DNA from: a virus
Length of the DNA stretch: 64,000 nt
IMG/VR virus record: IMGVR_UViG_3300031521_000015
Reading direction: 5' to 3' (one strand)
Below are positions 51,223 to 62,707 of the stretch, in pieces (position 1 is the first letter of the stretch; each line of letters begins with the position of its first letter). Made by a program: the position numbers and the translations under genes. The notes beneath the pieces are model-generated. The model had not been told where the DNA came from. It ran no database searches and saw nothing but the letters and a program-made list of their open reading frames with translations.

Positions 51223-51545
51223 TACATGCACATTATGCCTCGTATTAATATAACTAGTAAGGTCTATAATGTGCATATATAAAATAAATTAAGAAAAATC
51301 ATACTTGGATTGTGAGGTACGAACAAGACAAAATTGAGTCCCTTTAGGGACGCCTTAAGGCAGGGCGTATAGATATTAAACATCATTTAGTGAATATATA
51401 AGTCTTGTAGCTAACGCTACGCTTTCTTCCACCTAACGGTGTCAGATAAATTTATTTTCTAACTCCGTAAACTTTACCTTTTTTAAAATATAAAGGTGAA
51501 AATTATAAATAATTTCAACAAAATATGTAAGACTAGAATTAACTT

Positions 51546-52307
51546 CTAGTCTTTTTGTTTATCTTCACTATTAAGGAATTCAGCAGTGTCTTTTAATTTT
51601 TCTAATTCATTATCTGTTAGTTTGCCAAGTCCACCATTTTCATAAATGTGTTGTATATCATCTAAAAATTTTATAAATCGTGCATTATCTTTGTCTGAAT
51701 AGTGTTTTAGAAAACGATGAAAGGCGTCATAAAATTTTTCAACTTTTAAATTAGTTGTAAAATAATCATATCCTTTGTATTTTTCAAAAATTTGTATTAC
51801 AGATGGTTCAAAATTCAAATTTGTAAAAAGTCCGTCTAATAAATTATCAATAAAGTTTGAAATTAGTTTATCAAGTTCTAATTCAGAATCGAATCTTTTG
51901 TGATACTCTGATGAAATTTTTCTAACTTCTTCGATTTCATCAGGACTCATTCCCTCCATAGGGTCTTCGAACTTATTTGGTTCAAGGTATGTTATAATTC
52001 TTTCTTGCATTGTATTTAAGTCTACACCTTTTGTAACTACTAAATTTTGTGGAACAGGTATATTTTTTATTGATTGTTCAATTACACTAGATGGATATTT
52101 TATTGGGAAATTATAGTTAGTTTCAAATAAAGATTCAAAAGAAACTCTAAAGAAACTGCACAGAGCATCAATATGATTTTTTGGAAGACTTTCAAAAGTG
52201 TCGTTGCAATATCTCCCTATTGTATTCCTATTAATTCCTGTTCCCTCTGATAATTCTTTTTGAGTAATATTATAAAAGGTCATATATGTGTTTAATCTTG
52301 ATTTCAT
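51546..52307 (-). CDS. XRE-family HTH repressor-like protein
   Basis: ITQKELSEGTGINRNTIGRYCN. Confidence 0.85.
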   Translation of the reverse strand: MKSRLNTYMTFYNITQKELSEGTGINRNTIGRYCNDTFESLPKNHIDALCSFFRVSFESLFETNYNFPIKYPSSVIEQSIKNIPVPQNLVVTKGVDLNTMQERIITYLEPNKFEDPMEGMSPDEIEEVRKISSEYHKRFDSELELDKLISNFIDNLLDGLFTNLNFEPSVIQIFEKYKGYDYFTTNLKVEKFYDAFHRFLKHYSDKDNARFIKFLDDIQHIYENGGLGKLTDNELEKLKDTAEFLNSEDKQKD

Positions 52308-52567
52308 ATTACATTCACCTCTTAATTAATTATATACTATATCAAGAAATGTTTCAATAATGATATTTAGAAGTTTAAATAAAAAACATAAAAGTTTTTA
52401 AAAAGGTATTGCAATGTTTCTAAAGTGGTATTATAATGAACATATGGTAAACAAAACAAACATTACCAAATAAAAATAAGGCGATAACTAAATAAGCTAC
52501 CACCAAAATACCTCGCAAGTATTATTGTAGCATAGTTATTCCTGAAAAATCAAGGGAGATGTGTTAA

Positions 52568-53257
52568 ATGGGACAAGTATTAACAACTGAAAATGTAATG
52601 GAAATGAATTGTACAAAGGAGTTATTTATTCAATATGGTCGTTTTTGTGAAAGACATGGGATTAAAAATTATAGTGATATAAATAATTATGAAGATTATT
52701 TAAATTGTAATGCAACTAATTGGGAGAAATATATTGATCTAAATAAACAAGGTAAGAAGTGTTATATAAAAATTATTATCAAACAACAAATAATTAATTT
52801 TATTGAAAAACTAATTTCTAATGAATATAAGGTGATTTTAATAGATGGTAAAAGTCCAATTCTAATAGATGATGATTTAGAATATTATTTATACGAGTTA
52901 TTAGATGATATATTGTATATAACAAGACAAGGTGACGAATTGAAGGTCATACATAATGATAAAACTAAAATAAAATTAACAGGCTATAAAGATATGAGTG
53001 GTGTAGAAATTTTTGCTAGACAATATCTTGATACTTGTCAGTATGGGGATTTAATTGTAAAGGACTCATTAGAACAAGTTGAATTTAGAGATGATAATTT
53101 TAGGCATACAAAGGATCTTTACAATAGATGCAAGGATATAACTAATATAAGAACAGTTTCAGAAGATAATGAACATTATAGCATGAATTGGGATTGTATT
53201 ATCGTTGGATATAGAAAAGATAATAATTATATAGAACAAATTTGGCAAAGATGCTAA
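52568..53257 (+). CDS. Hypothetical protein divergent from the repressor
   Basis: 229 aa, GGGAG RBS, TTGCAA-N17-TATTAT-like promoter upstream. Confidence 0.65.
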   Translation: MGQVLTTENVMEMNCTKELFIQYGRFCERHGIKNYSDINNYEDYLNCNATNWEKYIDLNKQGKKCYIKIIIKQQIINFIEKLISNEYKVILIDGKSPILIDDDLEYYLYELLDDILYITRQGDELKVIHNDKTKIKLTGYKDMSGVEIFARQYLDTCQYGDLIVKDSLEQVEFRDDNFRHTKDLYNRCKDITNIRTVSEDNEHYSMNWDCIIVGYRKDNNYIEQIWQRC

Positions 53258-53387
53258 ATAAACAATTAAAATTAAATATTGCAAGAAGTATAAACTATGG
53301 TATACTGGATATAATAATAGAAAAAGGACGAATTGCAGTTCGCCCATAGATTCTAAGTCTTATGCTCTTGCGTTAGGTTTCCGTGTT

Positions 53388-53525
53388 CTACTTCAGAAAA
53401 CCTAAAATGAGAGCTATTATTATGTCTTTACTTATACCGTTCTCATTAGCATAAATAATTAGTTTGATGGTTATAGCGAATAAAATTACCTTTATAAGAC
53501 TTTCAATTATGTACCCCATATTCAT
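53388..53525 (-). CDS. Small hydrophobic peptide (45 aa), candidate type I toxin
   Basis: AGGAGGTG RBS; MNMGYIIESLIKVILFAITIKLIIYANENGISKDIIIALILGFLK. Confidence 0.6.
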   Translation of the reverse strand: MNMGYIIESLIKVILFAITIKLIIYANENGISKDIIIALILGFLK

Positions 53526-53809
53526 TTAAAAAACACCTCCTTTTAAGTATTTTGCCATAAAAACACTTATTAATAATTTATATGGTAAAATACTTAAAAG
53601 AATTAGGTAGAACATTATTAGGGGACACAAGACTAATATTATATAGTTCAAAATTTATAGTTTTAATAAAATGTAAATCCCTTTATTTATATTTTAACTT
53701 TCTCTATACAATACAGTGATTATATTATACCATAAATGTATAAAAATGGATATGAAATTGAAAATAAAATTGATTATAATTTGCTCGTAAGAGTGTTATA
53801 ATATATAGT

Positions 53810-53923
53810 AGGAAGAAATAAATATAATAAGTAGTCGACGATTTGTTATATTGAATGGGTTAGCTCCAATTAACCTTTCTTCCTTTTTTATTTAATATTG
53901 GAGAAATAAATTATATTGGAGGA
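53810..53923 (+). ncRNA. Structured leader RNA, copy 4
   Basis: P1 AGGAAGAA/TTCTTCCT; P2 loop GTCGAC; P3 loop CTCCAAT complementary to ATTGGAG at 53897 and 53915. Confidence 0.75.
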
Positions 53924-53931
53924 ATTTAAGA

Positions 53932-55551
53932 ATGGAAGGAAATAGACAATTAAATCAAGAAGAATATATGGAGATTATTGAAAAATTTAAGGAAAATAAT
54001 AGAGAAGATTATGAGAGTGGTAAATGTAAAAAGATATTTTTGGAATGTTTGCCTAGATGGGGAAAAGGTGGAAAAGCAAAAGAAGGTAGTATAAATTGGA
54101 TTGAATCAGTGAATAAAAATTATTATATATTTTTTATATATGGTGTTCATGAGGATTATATAAGATTAATAGATTATTCATATGATAAACAATTAAAAAT
54201 AACAATTGAATATTATGGTGAAAACTTAAGTTTAAATGCAGGGAGCATTAATAATTGTCAAATAGGCAAACTATTCAATATAAGGAATAAAGAATATTTA
54301 TATAATAGAGGTGATATTGTCAAAGGAAAGCATTCAAATTTATTGATATTAGAACAATTAATTATTAAATCAAACTATAGTTATAAAGTTAAAGGATATA
54401 AATATAAATGTTTGTCATGTGGAGATATAGATGAAATTTCTCAAAGAGATATTCTACGTGGAGTAGGTTGTGAAATTTGTTGTCCAAATTCTCAAAAAGT
54501 CGTAAAAGAGATAAATTCTATATGGAAAACGAACCTAGAACTAGTTAAATACTTTGTAAACGAAGAAGATACTTGGAAATACACAATTGGTAGCCATAAA
54601 AAAGTGTGGTTTAAGTGTTTGGACTGTTATTATAGAAAAGAAATGACTATTGATAATTTTGTAAGGAACGGATTTTCATGTAATAAATGTGGGGATGGTA
54701 TTTCAGTGCCAAATAAAATAATGTTTAATGTGTTAGAACAACTAAATGTTCAATTTGAAGCAGAAAAGAAAGTAGAATGGTGTAAATTTTTATATAAAAA
54801 TAAACGAAGACAAGGTTATTATGATTTCTATTTTGAGCAAGATGGCAAAAAATACATTATAGAAATGGATGGGGGTCTAGGTCATGGTAAGGGGAATTTT
54901 AAGAATAATATGACTGCTAAAGAATCACAATTTATTGATGATGAAAAAGATAGATTAGCTATTGAACATGGAATTGAAGTAATTAGAGTTGACTGTGACC
55001 ATCGTATGTACTATGGATTTGATTATATAAAAAATAATATATTATCTAATGTTAATATAAATAATTTGTTTTTATTAGCCAATATTGATTGGAGTAAGGT
55101 TTTGAAATTTGTTTCGTCAAGTAGAATCAAAGAAGCTTGTGATTTATGGAATATCGGTATTCATAGTACAACTGAAATTTCCAAAATTATGAAGATGAGC
55201 AGAACAACAATTTGCACGTATTTAAAAATAGGATTTGAACTGAAAATAACAGATTATACTGTGGAAATTTCAAAAAATATTAATAATAATAATACTATAG
55301 AAAGAAATAAACAAAAGTTAAGTACTAAAATAATTTGTATAGAAAATGGTATTATATTTAATTCCATTTCTGAATGTGAATTAAATAGTTTTAAAATATT
55401 TGGAATAAAAATGTTTAATAGTGCTATAACTAAAGTATGTCAAGGGAAACAGCAACATCATCAAGGATATCAATTTAGATACTTAAAAGACCTTACCGAA
55501 GAACAAATAAAAGAAATTCAAGAAAATGCAAAATTAAATCAAGCAATATAA
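53932..55551 (+). CDS. Zinc-ribbon + PD-(D/E)xK-like + NUMOD1-like endonuclease
   Basis: YYDFYF..IIEMDGGLGH; paralogue of 6918. Confidence 0.75.
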   Translation: MEGNRQLNQEEYMEIIEKFKENNREDYESGKCKKIFLECLPRWGKGGKAKEGSINWIESVNKNYYIFFIYGVHEDYIRLIDYSYDKQLKITIEYYGENLSLNAGSINNCQIGKLFNIRNKEYLYNRGDIVKGKHSNLLILEQLIIKSNYSYKVKGYKYKCLSCGDIDEISQRDILRGVGCEICCPNSQKVVKEINSIWKTNLELVKYFVNEEDTWKYTIGSHKKVWFKCLDCYYRKEMTIDNFVRNGFSCNKCGDGISVPNKIMFNVLEQLNVQFEAEKKVEWCKFLYKNKRRQGYYDFYFEQDGKKYIIEMDGGLGHGKGNFKNNMTAKESQFIDDEKDRLAIEHGIEVIRVDCDHRMYYGFDYIKNNILSNVNINNLFLLANIDWSKVLKFVSSSRIKEACDLWNIGIHSTTEISKIMKMSRTTICTYLKIGFELKITDYTVEISKNINNNNTIERNKQKLSTKIICIENGIIFNSISECELNSFKIFGIKMFNSAITKVCQGKQQHHQGYQFRYLKDLTEEQIKEIQENAKLNQAI

Positions 55552-55607
55552 AATAATTGGAATTTTTACCTAATATATGGTATATTATACTATGAGGTGA
55601 TTATTCT

Positions 55608-56231
55608 ATGAAGGGAAAATTATTAAAATTAAAAGGTTTTATAAAAGAACATAAAAAATCGAGTATTATAAGTTTGATTGTAATTGCATTAATATTAGTT
55701 GCAAGTTATATAGGATATTTTAATTATGGAATAGGAATGTCAGAGAAACAAAAGACTAATAGAATAAATTTAACATTGTCAACTAAAAATTATAATAAAG
55801 CTAGGGATATGACAAATATATACTTCAAAGGAACTGATGCACAATCGTCAGCAATAAATAAACTTTTCGTATCAACAATTGACCTATGTGAACAATCTAA
55901 TACTGGAAGTTTAGAAGAAGCTATGAATCAATATAAGGCTTTAAAAGATCATATTGATTCATTAAAAATAATTAAAACAGAAATAGTTAATCCTAAATAT
56001 TCTAGTGGCTATCAAAATATTGAAATAACTGTACAAAATAATGGCAAAGAAAATATAAGTTATGTAAAAATAGGCTTAGATTTCAAAGATAAAAATGGTA
56101 ATATAATTCAATCAGATTGGACGAATGATGACTCTATTATAAAACCAAATGCAACACAAAAATTAACTAAAATGGTATCTAAAGATATTAAATATGATAC
56201 AGTGCAATCAGAAATATTAGACTTTAAATAA
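55608..56231 (+). CDS. Membrane-anchored FxLYD-like domain protein
   Basis: N-terminal TM; ITVQNNGKENISYVKIGLDFKDKNGNII. Confidence 0.7.
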   Translation: MKGKLLKLKGFIKEHKKSSIISLIVIALILVASYIGYFNYGIGMSEKQKTNRINLTLSTKNYNKARDMTNIYFKGTDAQSSAINKLFVSTIDLCEQSNTGSLEEAMNQYKALKDHIDSLKIIKTEIVNPKYSSGYQNIEITVQNNGKENISYVKIGLDFKDKNGNIIQSDWTNDDSIIKPNATQKLTKMVSKDIKYDTVQSEILDFK

Positions 56232-56291
56232 GACTTAGATAAAATATTCTAAGTCTTTTTATTATGCAGAAATGAAGGAGAGAAATAAAAT

Positions 56292-56828
56292 ATGGGAAAT
56301 TTATTAGAAAAACATCAAAAAAATGCGTATAGATATAAAAATAAAGACCTCATTTTGTATCATCCAAGTGACGAACAATACGAGGAAATCAAACAATTGG
56401 TAAAAGATAGTATACAAATAGATAAAGAGATGAACATAAGTGGAGAATTACAATTTAAAAGTGTAAGGTTTATAATAAGGGAAATTACTTCAATTGGACA
56501 CTCCATAGATGAATACGGTGACAATGAAGTTCAAGAAAAATTAGATAATGGTGATAGAACACTAGTTTTATTATATAGAGAAATTGAAACATTCATTACT
56601 GAAATAGTAGATGATATATTCTATGATTATACACAACAAATTAAATTAATGGATAACTTATTAAATATAACAAATAGTAACGATAATTTAGAGAGAATGA
56701 AAGTAAAAATGAATAAATTCTTTAAGAAATATAAAATTAATATGCAATTTGAAGATTTTATGAAAATAGCAAATGACCCAAATGCGATACGGGAATTGAC
56801 CAAAAAATTAAATATAAAAACCAAGTAA
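56292..56828 (+). CDS. Tail assembly chaperone (putative)
   Basis: Directly precedes tape measure gene. Confidence 0.5.
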   Translation: MGNLLEKHQKNAYRYKNKDLILYHPSDEQYEEIKQLVKDSIQIDKEMNISGELQFKSVRFIIREITSIGHSIDEYGDNEVQEKLDNGDRTLVLLYREIETFITEIVDDIFYDYTQQIKLMDNLLNITNSNDNLERMKVKMNKFFKKYKINMQFEDFMKIANDPNAIRELTKKLNIKTK

Positions 56829-56891
56829 AGAAGTGCCAAATAATCGGTACTTCTTTTATTTTTGTGTAAATGAAAGGAGATAAGATTATAA

Positions 56892-59800
56892 ATGGCATAT
56901 CAAAATTCAATTAGTTTAGGGATAAAATTACAACCCACTAGTGAGATACAAACTGAATTAAAAACTGCAATAGAACAATTAAATAAAAATTCAAGTATAG
57001 ATTTAAAAATAGATACAACACAGGTCAATAAATCATTAAAGGAATTTAGTAATACATTAGATAATATTAATAATAAATTAAAGAATGGATTTAATTTTCA
57101 AGGGGTTTTTAATAATCAAGCAATTGGTGTAGAAGTAGTAACAAATAAATTAAAAGAAGAACAAAAAGCAATTGAACAAACTGAAAATGCTATGAAAACT
57201 TTATCTAGTACTAAAATGGGCAATTCTGATTCTAATGGTAATATAACAGAAACATTAAAAACTGTCGAACAATTGCAAATTGGTATTGGTAATACAACTA
57301 AATTAACTACTGATTTAGCAACTGGTTTAAAAACTGCTAGTAATACAGAAAATTTTCAAAAATTAGAAAATATAATTGATAATTTACAAAGCAAATTAAG
57401 TAAGTCTAGTAATAATAAATTTATAAATGAATCAGTAATTACTGAATTACAAAATCGATTAAATTCAATAAATACAAATTCTGCCGACAAAGAATTTAAA
57501 GAATTACAAACTACTATTAACAACTTAGGCAGTTCAGATAGCCAAATAGTTCGTTTGCAAAATACAATAAGTAAAATGGAATCTAGCCTTACTTCTATGA
57601 AAAGCAAGTATGGAAGTTTAGTAGGTGATAGTAGTTCAAAATCTTCACTAGATGCTTATATATCTGAAATAGAAAAGTTAAAAACATTAATGGCTAGTTT
57701 GCAAAATGGAGGCACTATTAGTGGAAGTAAGTTAGCCTCTGAATTAAATCAAGGAACTGAAGCGAGCAGAAATCTATCTAATTCGGTAAAAAATAGTAGT
57801 AATGCATTAAAATTAGCGACTACAGATAGTGAAACGTTTGGACAATCAATTAAACGTGCATTAAGCAATACTGGACTTTACCTTGGAACTTATCAAGCAG
57901 TTCAAATGTTATCTAATTCTTTTAGAGACGCTATCACTTATGTAGTTCAATTAGATAGTGCAATGACAAATTTAAAAAAAGTAACTCAAGAAACAAATCA
58001 AACATATTCAAGTTTTTTAAATCAAGCACATGATATTGCTATGGAATATGGTTCTCAGGCTGATAAAGTTGTTGATGCAACTACTTCTTGGGCAAAAACA
58101 GGAGAATCTTTAAAAAATGCTACAGAATTAGCTAAAAACACTATGCTATTAACAAAAGTTGGTGATATTGATAGTGTCGCAATGGCTCAACAATATATGA
58201 TTGCCCCACTAAAAGCATTTCAGATAGAAGCAAGTAAAAGTATAACATTAATTGATAAATATAATAATATTTCTAATAATATGGCTACAAGCACTACAGA
58301 TTTAGGCGAGGCCCTTTCAAAATCTGCAAGTAGCATGTCTACTGCTGGAAATACCTTAGACCAAACATTGGCTATAATATCAACTGCTGAATCACAAACA
58401 AAATTAGGTGGAGATGTTGTGGGTCAAGCCCTAAAATCTGTCTCCCTTAGAATAGCATCATTTAAAGATGAGAATGGAGAATTAATACCTAAATTTGAGA
58501 AACAGTTAAGTGCTTTAGGTGTTACTATGAGAGATACCACAACTGGACAAATACTACCAACTTTTGACATATTACAACAAGTTGGAGAAAAATTCAAAAC
58601 AATGAATACAAACGATAAATTAAATGTAAGTGAACTTTTAGGTGGTAAATTACAGGCAAATGTAATTAGTTCCGTATTGAATAATGTAGATGAATTGAAT
58701 AGAGCGTATAGTTTAGCACAAAATAGTTCAAATAGTGCGATGAATGAATTTAAAACCTATCAACAAGGAGTACAATATAGTATTGACCAATTGAAAGAAT
58801 CTATTTCAAATATGTATAAAGAATCAATGAACTCATCTAGTTTAAAATCGTTTGTAGACTCTTTAACAATAATGGTTAGCACATTTGGAAATTTAAAAAC
58901 GGTAATAGCAGTTGCAACTACGGCTTTTTTATTATTTAAAGGGCAAGCTATTACAAGTGCAATTGCCAGTTTAGGTTCGTATATATCAACTTTATTTTCA
59001 GTAGTGAAAGCAGAAGGTGCATTAACTGTTGCGACAGCAGAATTAGATATAGCTCTATCTACTAATCCTTTTGGATTAATTGCAATGGCTATTACAGGAG
59101 TTATTGTTGTTATGGACGCTTTAACAACTTCCCAAAATAACTTAAAACAATCTAATGCAGAATACGTACAATCACTACAAACTAGTAATCCAAACCAAGG
59201 ACAAGAATTATTAAATAATTATAAAAAATTAGAGTCTGAGCTATCAACATTAAAACAAGGTACACAAGAATATAAAACTAAAGAAGAAGAATTAGCAACT
59301 GCACAACAATCGTTAATAAGTTTATATCCTCAAGCTTCTTCGGCAATAGATGAAAATACAGGTAAAAAGAAATTAAATGCAGATGCGACACAAAAGTTAA
59401 TTGACAAAGATAAAGAATTAGCACAGGCAAAAGCAATTGAAACATTGAGCAATAACAAAGTTGGCAATACTGACGATGTAGCAAAGATGGTTGAAGCGTA
59501 TAAAAAAGCACAGGAAGAAATGAAAAGATTGACTGAGGATTATAATAATGGAGTAACAAGTCAAGAAGTAATTTCAATAGGAGCTAACGGACCTCATAAG
59601 AGTTCTGTTAGTACAGATAGTCAATTAAAAGATACAACCAAAGAATATGAAGATTATAAACAAAAAATATTAGCAGTTCAGTCTGCATTGAGTTCTCTAG
59701 ATAGTAAGAACACAAAATTTGCAGGTTCTTTAGATGAAGTAAATAATGCAATGGGAAATAGTTCAGAAAAAACTGATGATAACACTAAGGTTATAAATGA

Positions 59801-62627
59801 TAATACTCAAGCAAAAAATGATAATACAAATGCAGATAATGGTGCAAATACTCAAGCAAATGCAATAACAAAAGCAACAAAGGCTTATTCAGAATCAACT
59901 CAGGCAATAGCACAAGCACAATCTTATCTCGATAAACTTAATAAATCACAAGCAGTAACGCCTGCTTTAGTTAAACAAATGAGCAAAGCATATGGTACAG
60001 ATGTTACAGAAAGTTTAAATAGTGCTTCCACGGCACAAGAATATTTAACTGGCAAGATAAAAGAACAACAAACTGCACAACAGGATGCTTATTTAATAAT
60101 GAAACAGGACGACGAACAATTTTACCAAGACAAAATTAAAAACAATGAAGGATATGAAAATCAAATAAACTCATTTTTAAATAGTTTTGTTTCTGATAGT
60201 AATGGTGCATACAATGTTGACTTGTCCAATTATACTACATTAAACGGGCTCAAGAGTGGTGCTATGGGGGAATTGAGCATTGCTGTAGATAGTTGGATGA
60301 GTAAGTATGTAGATGTCACTGCGTCTGGATATAATGTAGATTATAATAATTTCACAAATTTGATTTCAGCAAAGTCAGAAATATTAAAACAATTTGCAGG
60401 ATCTATGGCTCAATTTTGGGACGATACTAGTCAAGCGTTTACTGAAGGTGCTTATGGTGGAATAGATTTATCTGGTGGAGCAAATAATGAACAATATGAA
60501 GATTTTACAAAAAAGGCTTCGGGAATATTAGCTACAGGAGATAAAATTAGAAGTGCTTATAAAGATTTGGATAAAATATATGCAGGTGGTGGACTGAATC
60601 TTGATAAATTTGGTGGAGGCATGGGAAATTCTGACTTCAGTGGTACGGGTAGCCCAAATAAAGGTTCGTCTGGGAAATCAGATGCCGAAAAAGAAGCCGA
60701 AAAAGCACAAAAATTAGCAGAAGAAATATCAAAATTAAAAAGTGAAATAGAACCTGACAGGTATCTAGATTTCAATAATGCAGTAAAACAAGCAGATAAT
60801 GAATTATCTTTAAATAAAACATTATTAGATTCATTAAAAGAAGGTAGCCCAGAATACCAACAAGCAGAGTTAAAAAATATAGAGATATATAAACAAAAAC
60901 AAACTGCTTTAAAAAGTTTAAATGATGAACAAAAAAAAGATGCAGAAGAGAAAAAAACAAAATTGGCTAATCTTGGCTTTGAGTTTGACGCCAATGGCAA
61001 ATTAATAAACAGCCAACAAAAATTATTATCTTTACAAGAACAAGTAAATTCAATGGGTGGTAATACAGAAGCTGATAAGCAAGCAAAAGAAGATGCAATA
61101 AAAAATCTTAAAGATATTAATGATGAAACTAAAAAATATATAGAGTTAGTCGGAGATAAAATTCCTAAAACTACTGCTGAATGGCAAGAGCAAGCTAATG
61201 AAATTTCTAAAGTTAACGAACAAATTAAGAAAGCCAACATAGATATTCTTAATAATGCGAAAGAAGAATTAGCACAAGATATTCTAAAAGACGCACAAGA
61301 AAAAGTTGATGAATTAAAAAAACAAGCAGATGAATCAAGAGAAGATGCAAAGCAATCGTTAGAAGATGAAAAGACAAGTAAATTAGCACTTTGGGACGAA
61401 AAGATTAAATCTAAACAAGCTGAATTAGATGCTATGAATGATGAAACGTCTGATAATGAAACTAAACTCAAGAAACTTAAAGTAGAGTTGGCTAACTTAC
61501 AAAGAGATAATTCTACAGAAGCACAAGGAAGAATACAAGATGTAAATACCCAGATTACCGATTTACAAAAAACTATTAAAAAAGATGCATTATCCAAAGA
61601 AATTGATAGTTTAAATAATCAAAAGCAAATTCAGAGCGATAATTACGATCAGCAACTAAGCGATTTAGAAAAAGCAAATAAAGAACAAGAAGCAGAAGAT
61701 GAAAAACATTATTCGGAGTTATTAAATGAGAAGAATGCCTATAATAAAGCTGAAAAAATGATTAATAAAAATCAACAAAGCGATATGTATGATTTATACT
61801 CAAAATATAGCGAAGATTATAAAAAGATGGGTGTAGATTTATCAACAAGCGTTGACGCTTCTTTGAAAAAAATAACTGAAGCTATTAGTAATTTAAACAA
61901 TGTTAAAATTAGAAACAATAATTCTAGTGATGGTGGAAACGGTGATGGTGAGTCATCATCAAACCATTATGAAAATACAACTAGTAGTGGAACGCATTAT
62001 ACTGATATAGGTTCTGGAATAATATCAGATCATCCATTAACCAATGATGAGATAAACACTATAAATAAAGGGTCAAGTGGTAGTTCTAGTTCAAGTAAAC
62101 CATCTACAACTGTTACTAATAGCAATGGTTCTACAACTACTACTCATAGTGATGGAACTAAAAGTTATAGTAACGGAGATTATACAGATTCCAATGGATA
62201 TTATCATACAGCTGGATATGATACAGGTGGAAGAACTCCAAGTAATATTGATTCTAATGGTAAAATAGGTATATTACATGCAAGTGAAAAGATATTAAAC
62301 GCCAAAGATACTGTTCAATTTGATAGTTCTATGTTGAAAATTGATGAAATTTATAATTCCCTTAAAGAGTCGGGGGCTTTACTTGGTCAGTTATCACAAT
62401 CATATTCTAATATTGGCAATTTAGCTATGCCAACACTAGGTATTGATTTGAATAAAATAGCAAATAGTGTTGTTAATAATAGCAATGCTGATAATAGTAG
62501 TTCTAGTAATATAAATATAAATAATAATTATCAAGTCGACGCTACTTCTGATTTTAATACAAAAAACTTTAGTAATAATCTAGATAAACAGTTAAAACAA
62601 ACATTGAGAAAATACGGAAAAATATAA
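56892..62627 (+). CDS. Tail tape measure protein
   Basis: 1911 aa, TP901-type core (LDSAMTNLKKV..GQALKSVSLRI), coiled coils, GYDTGG..LHASEKIL tail. Confidence 0.9.
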   Translation: MAYQNSISLGIKLQPTSEIQTELKTAIEQLNKNSSIDLKIDTTQVNKSLKEFSNTLDNINNKLKNGFNFQGVFNNQAIGVEVVTNKLKEEQKAIEQTENAMKTLSSTKMGNSDSNGNITETLKTVEQLQIGIGNTTKLTTDLATGLKTASNTENFQKLENIIDNLQSKLSKSSNNKFINESVITELQNRLNSINTNSADKEFKELQTTINNLGSSDSQIVRLQNTISKMESSLTSMKSKYGSLVGDSSSKSSLDAYISEIEKLKTLMASLQNGGTISGSKLASELNQGTEASRNLSNSVKNSSNALKLATTDSETFGQSIKRALSNTGLYLGTYQAVQMLSNSFRDAITYVVQLDSAMTNLKKVTQETNQTYSSFLNQAHDIAMEYGSQADKVVDATTSWAKTGESLKNATELAKNTMLLTKVGDIDSVAMAQQYMIAPLKAFQIEASKSITLIDKYNNISNNMATSTTDLGEALSKSASSMSTAGNTLDQTLAIISTAESQTKLGGDVVGQALKSVSLRIASFKDENGELIPKFEKQLSALGVTMRDTTTGQILPTFDILQQVGEKFKTMNTNDKLNVSELLGGKLQANVISSVLNNVDELNRAYSLAQNSSNSAMNEFKTYQQGVQYSIDQLKESISNMYKESMNSSSLKSFVDSLTIMVSTFGNLKTVIAVATTAFLLFKGQAITSAIASLGSYISTLFSVVKAEGALTVATAELDIALSTNPFGLIAMAITGVIVVMDALTTSQNNLKQSNAEYVQSLQTSNPNQGQELLNNYKKLESELSTLKQGTQEYKTKEEELATAQQSLISLYPQASSAIDENTGKKKLNADATQKLIDKDKELAQAKAIETLSNNKVGNTDDVAKMVEAYKKAQEEMKRLTEDYNNGVTSQEVISIGANGPHKSSVSTDSQLKDTTKEYEDYKQKILAVQSALSSLDSKNTKFAGSLDEVNNAMGNSSEKTDDNTKVINDNTQAKNDNTNADNGANTQANAITKATKAYSESTQAIAQAQSYLDKLNKSQAVTPALVKQMSKAYGTDVTESLNSASTAQEYLTGKIKEQQTAQQDAYLIMKQDDEQFYQDKIKNNEGYENQINSFLNSFVSDSNGAYNVDLSNYTTLNGLKSGAMGELSIAVDSWMSKYVDVTASGYNVDYNNFTNLISAKSEILKQFAGSMAQFWDDTSQAFTEGAYGGIDLSGGANNEQYEDFTKKASGILATGDKIRSAYKDLDKIYAGGGLNLDKFGGGMGNSDFSGTGSPNKGSSGKSDAEKEAEKAQKLAEEISKLKSEIEPDRYLDFNNAVKQADNELSLNKTLLDSLKEGSPEYQQAELKNIEIYKQKQTALKSLNDEQKKDAEEKKTKLANLGFEFDANGKLINSQQKLLSLQEQVNSMGGNTEADKQAKEDAIKNLKDINDETKKYIELVGDKIPKTTAEWQEQANEISKVNEQIKKANIDILNNAKEELAQDILKDAQEKVDELKKQADESREDAKQSLEDEKTSKLALWDEKIKSKQAELDAMNDETSDNETKLKKLKVELANLQRDNSTEAQGRIQDVNTQITDLQKTIKKDALSKEIDSLNNQKQIQSDNYDQQLSDLEKANKEQEAEDEKHYSELLNEKNAYNKAEKMINKNQQSDMYDLYSKYSEDYKKMGVDLSTSVDASLKKITEAISNLNNVKIRNNNSSDGGNGDGESSSNHYENTTSSGTHYTDIGSGIISDHPLTNDEINTINKGSSGSSSSSKPSTTVTNSNGSTTTTHSDGTKSYSNGDYTDSNGYYHTAGYDTGGRTPSNIDSNGKIGILHASEKILNAKDTVQFDSSMLKIDEIYNSLKESGALLGQLSQSYSNIGNLAMPTLGIDLNKIANSVVNNSNADNSSSSNININNNYQVDATSDFNTKNFSNNLDKQLKQTLRKYGKI

Positions 62628-62707
62628 AGAAATTTATTAAAACAATTATCTTATTTGTAATTTATTAGTTATAATTACTCTTAAAGTATGTTATAATATA
62701 TAGATAT

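Noticed and set aside
60557-61597. 346-aa minus-strand ORF and the other short antisense ORFs in the track
   Set aside because: Shadow frames of long coding genes; no RBS or recognisable motifs
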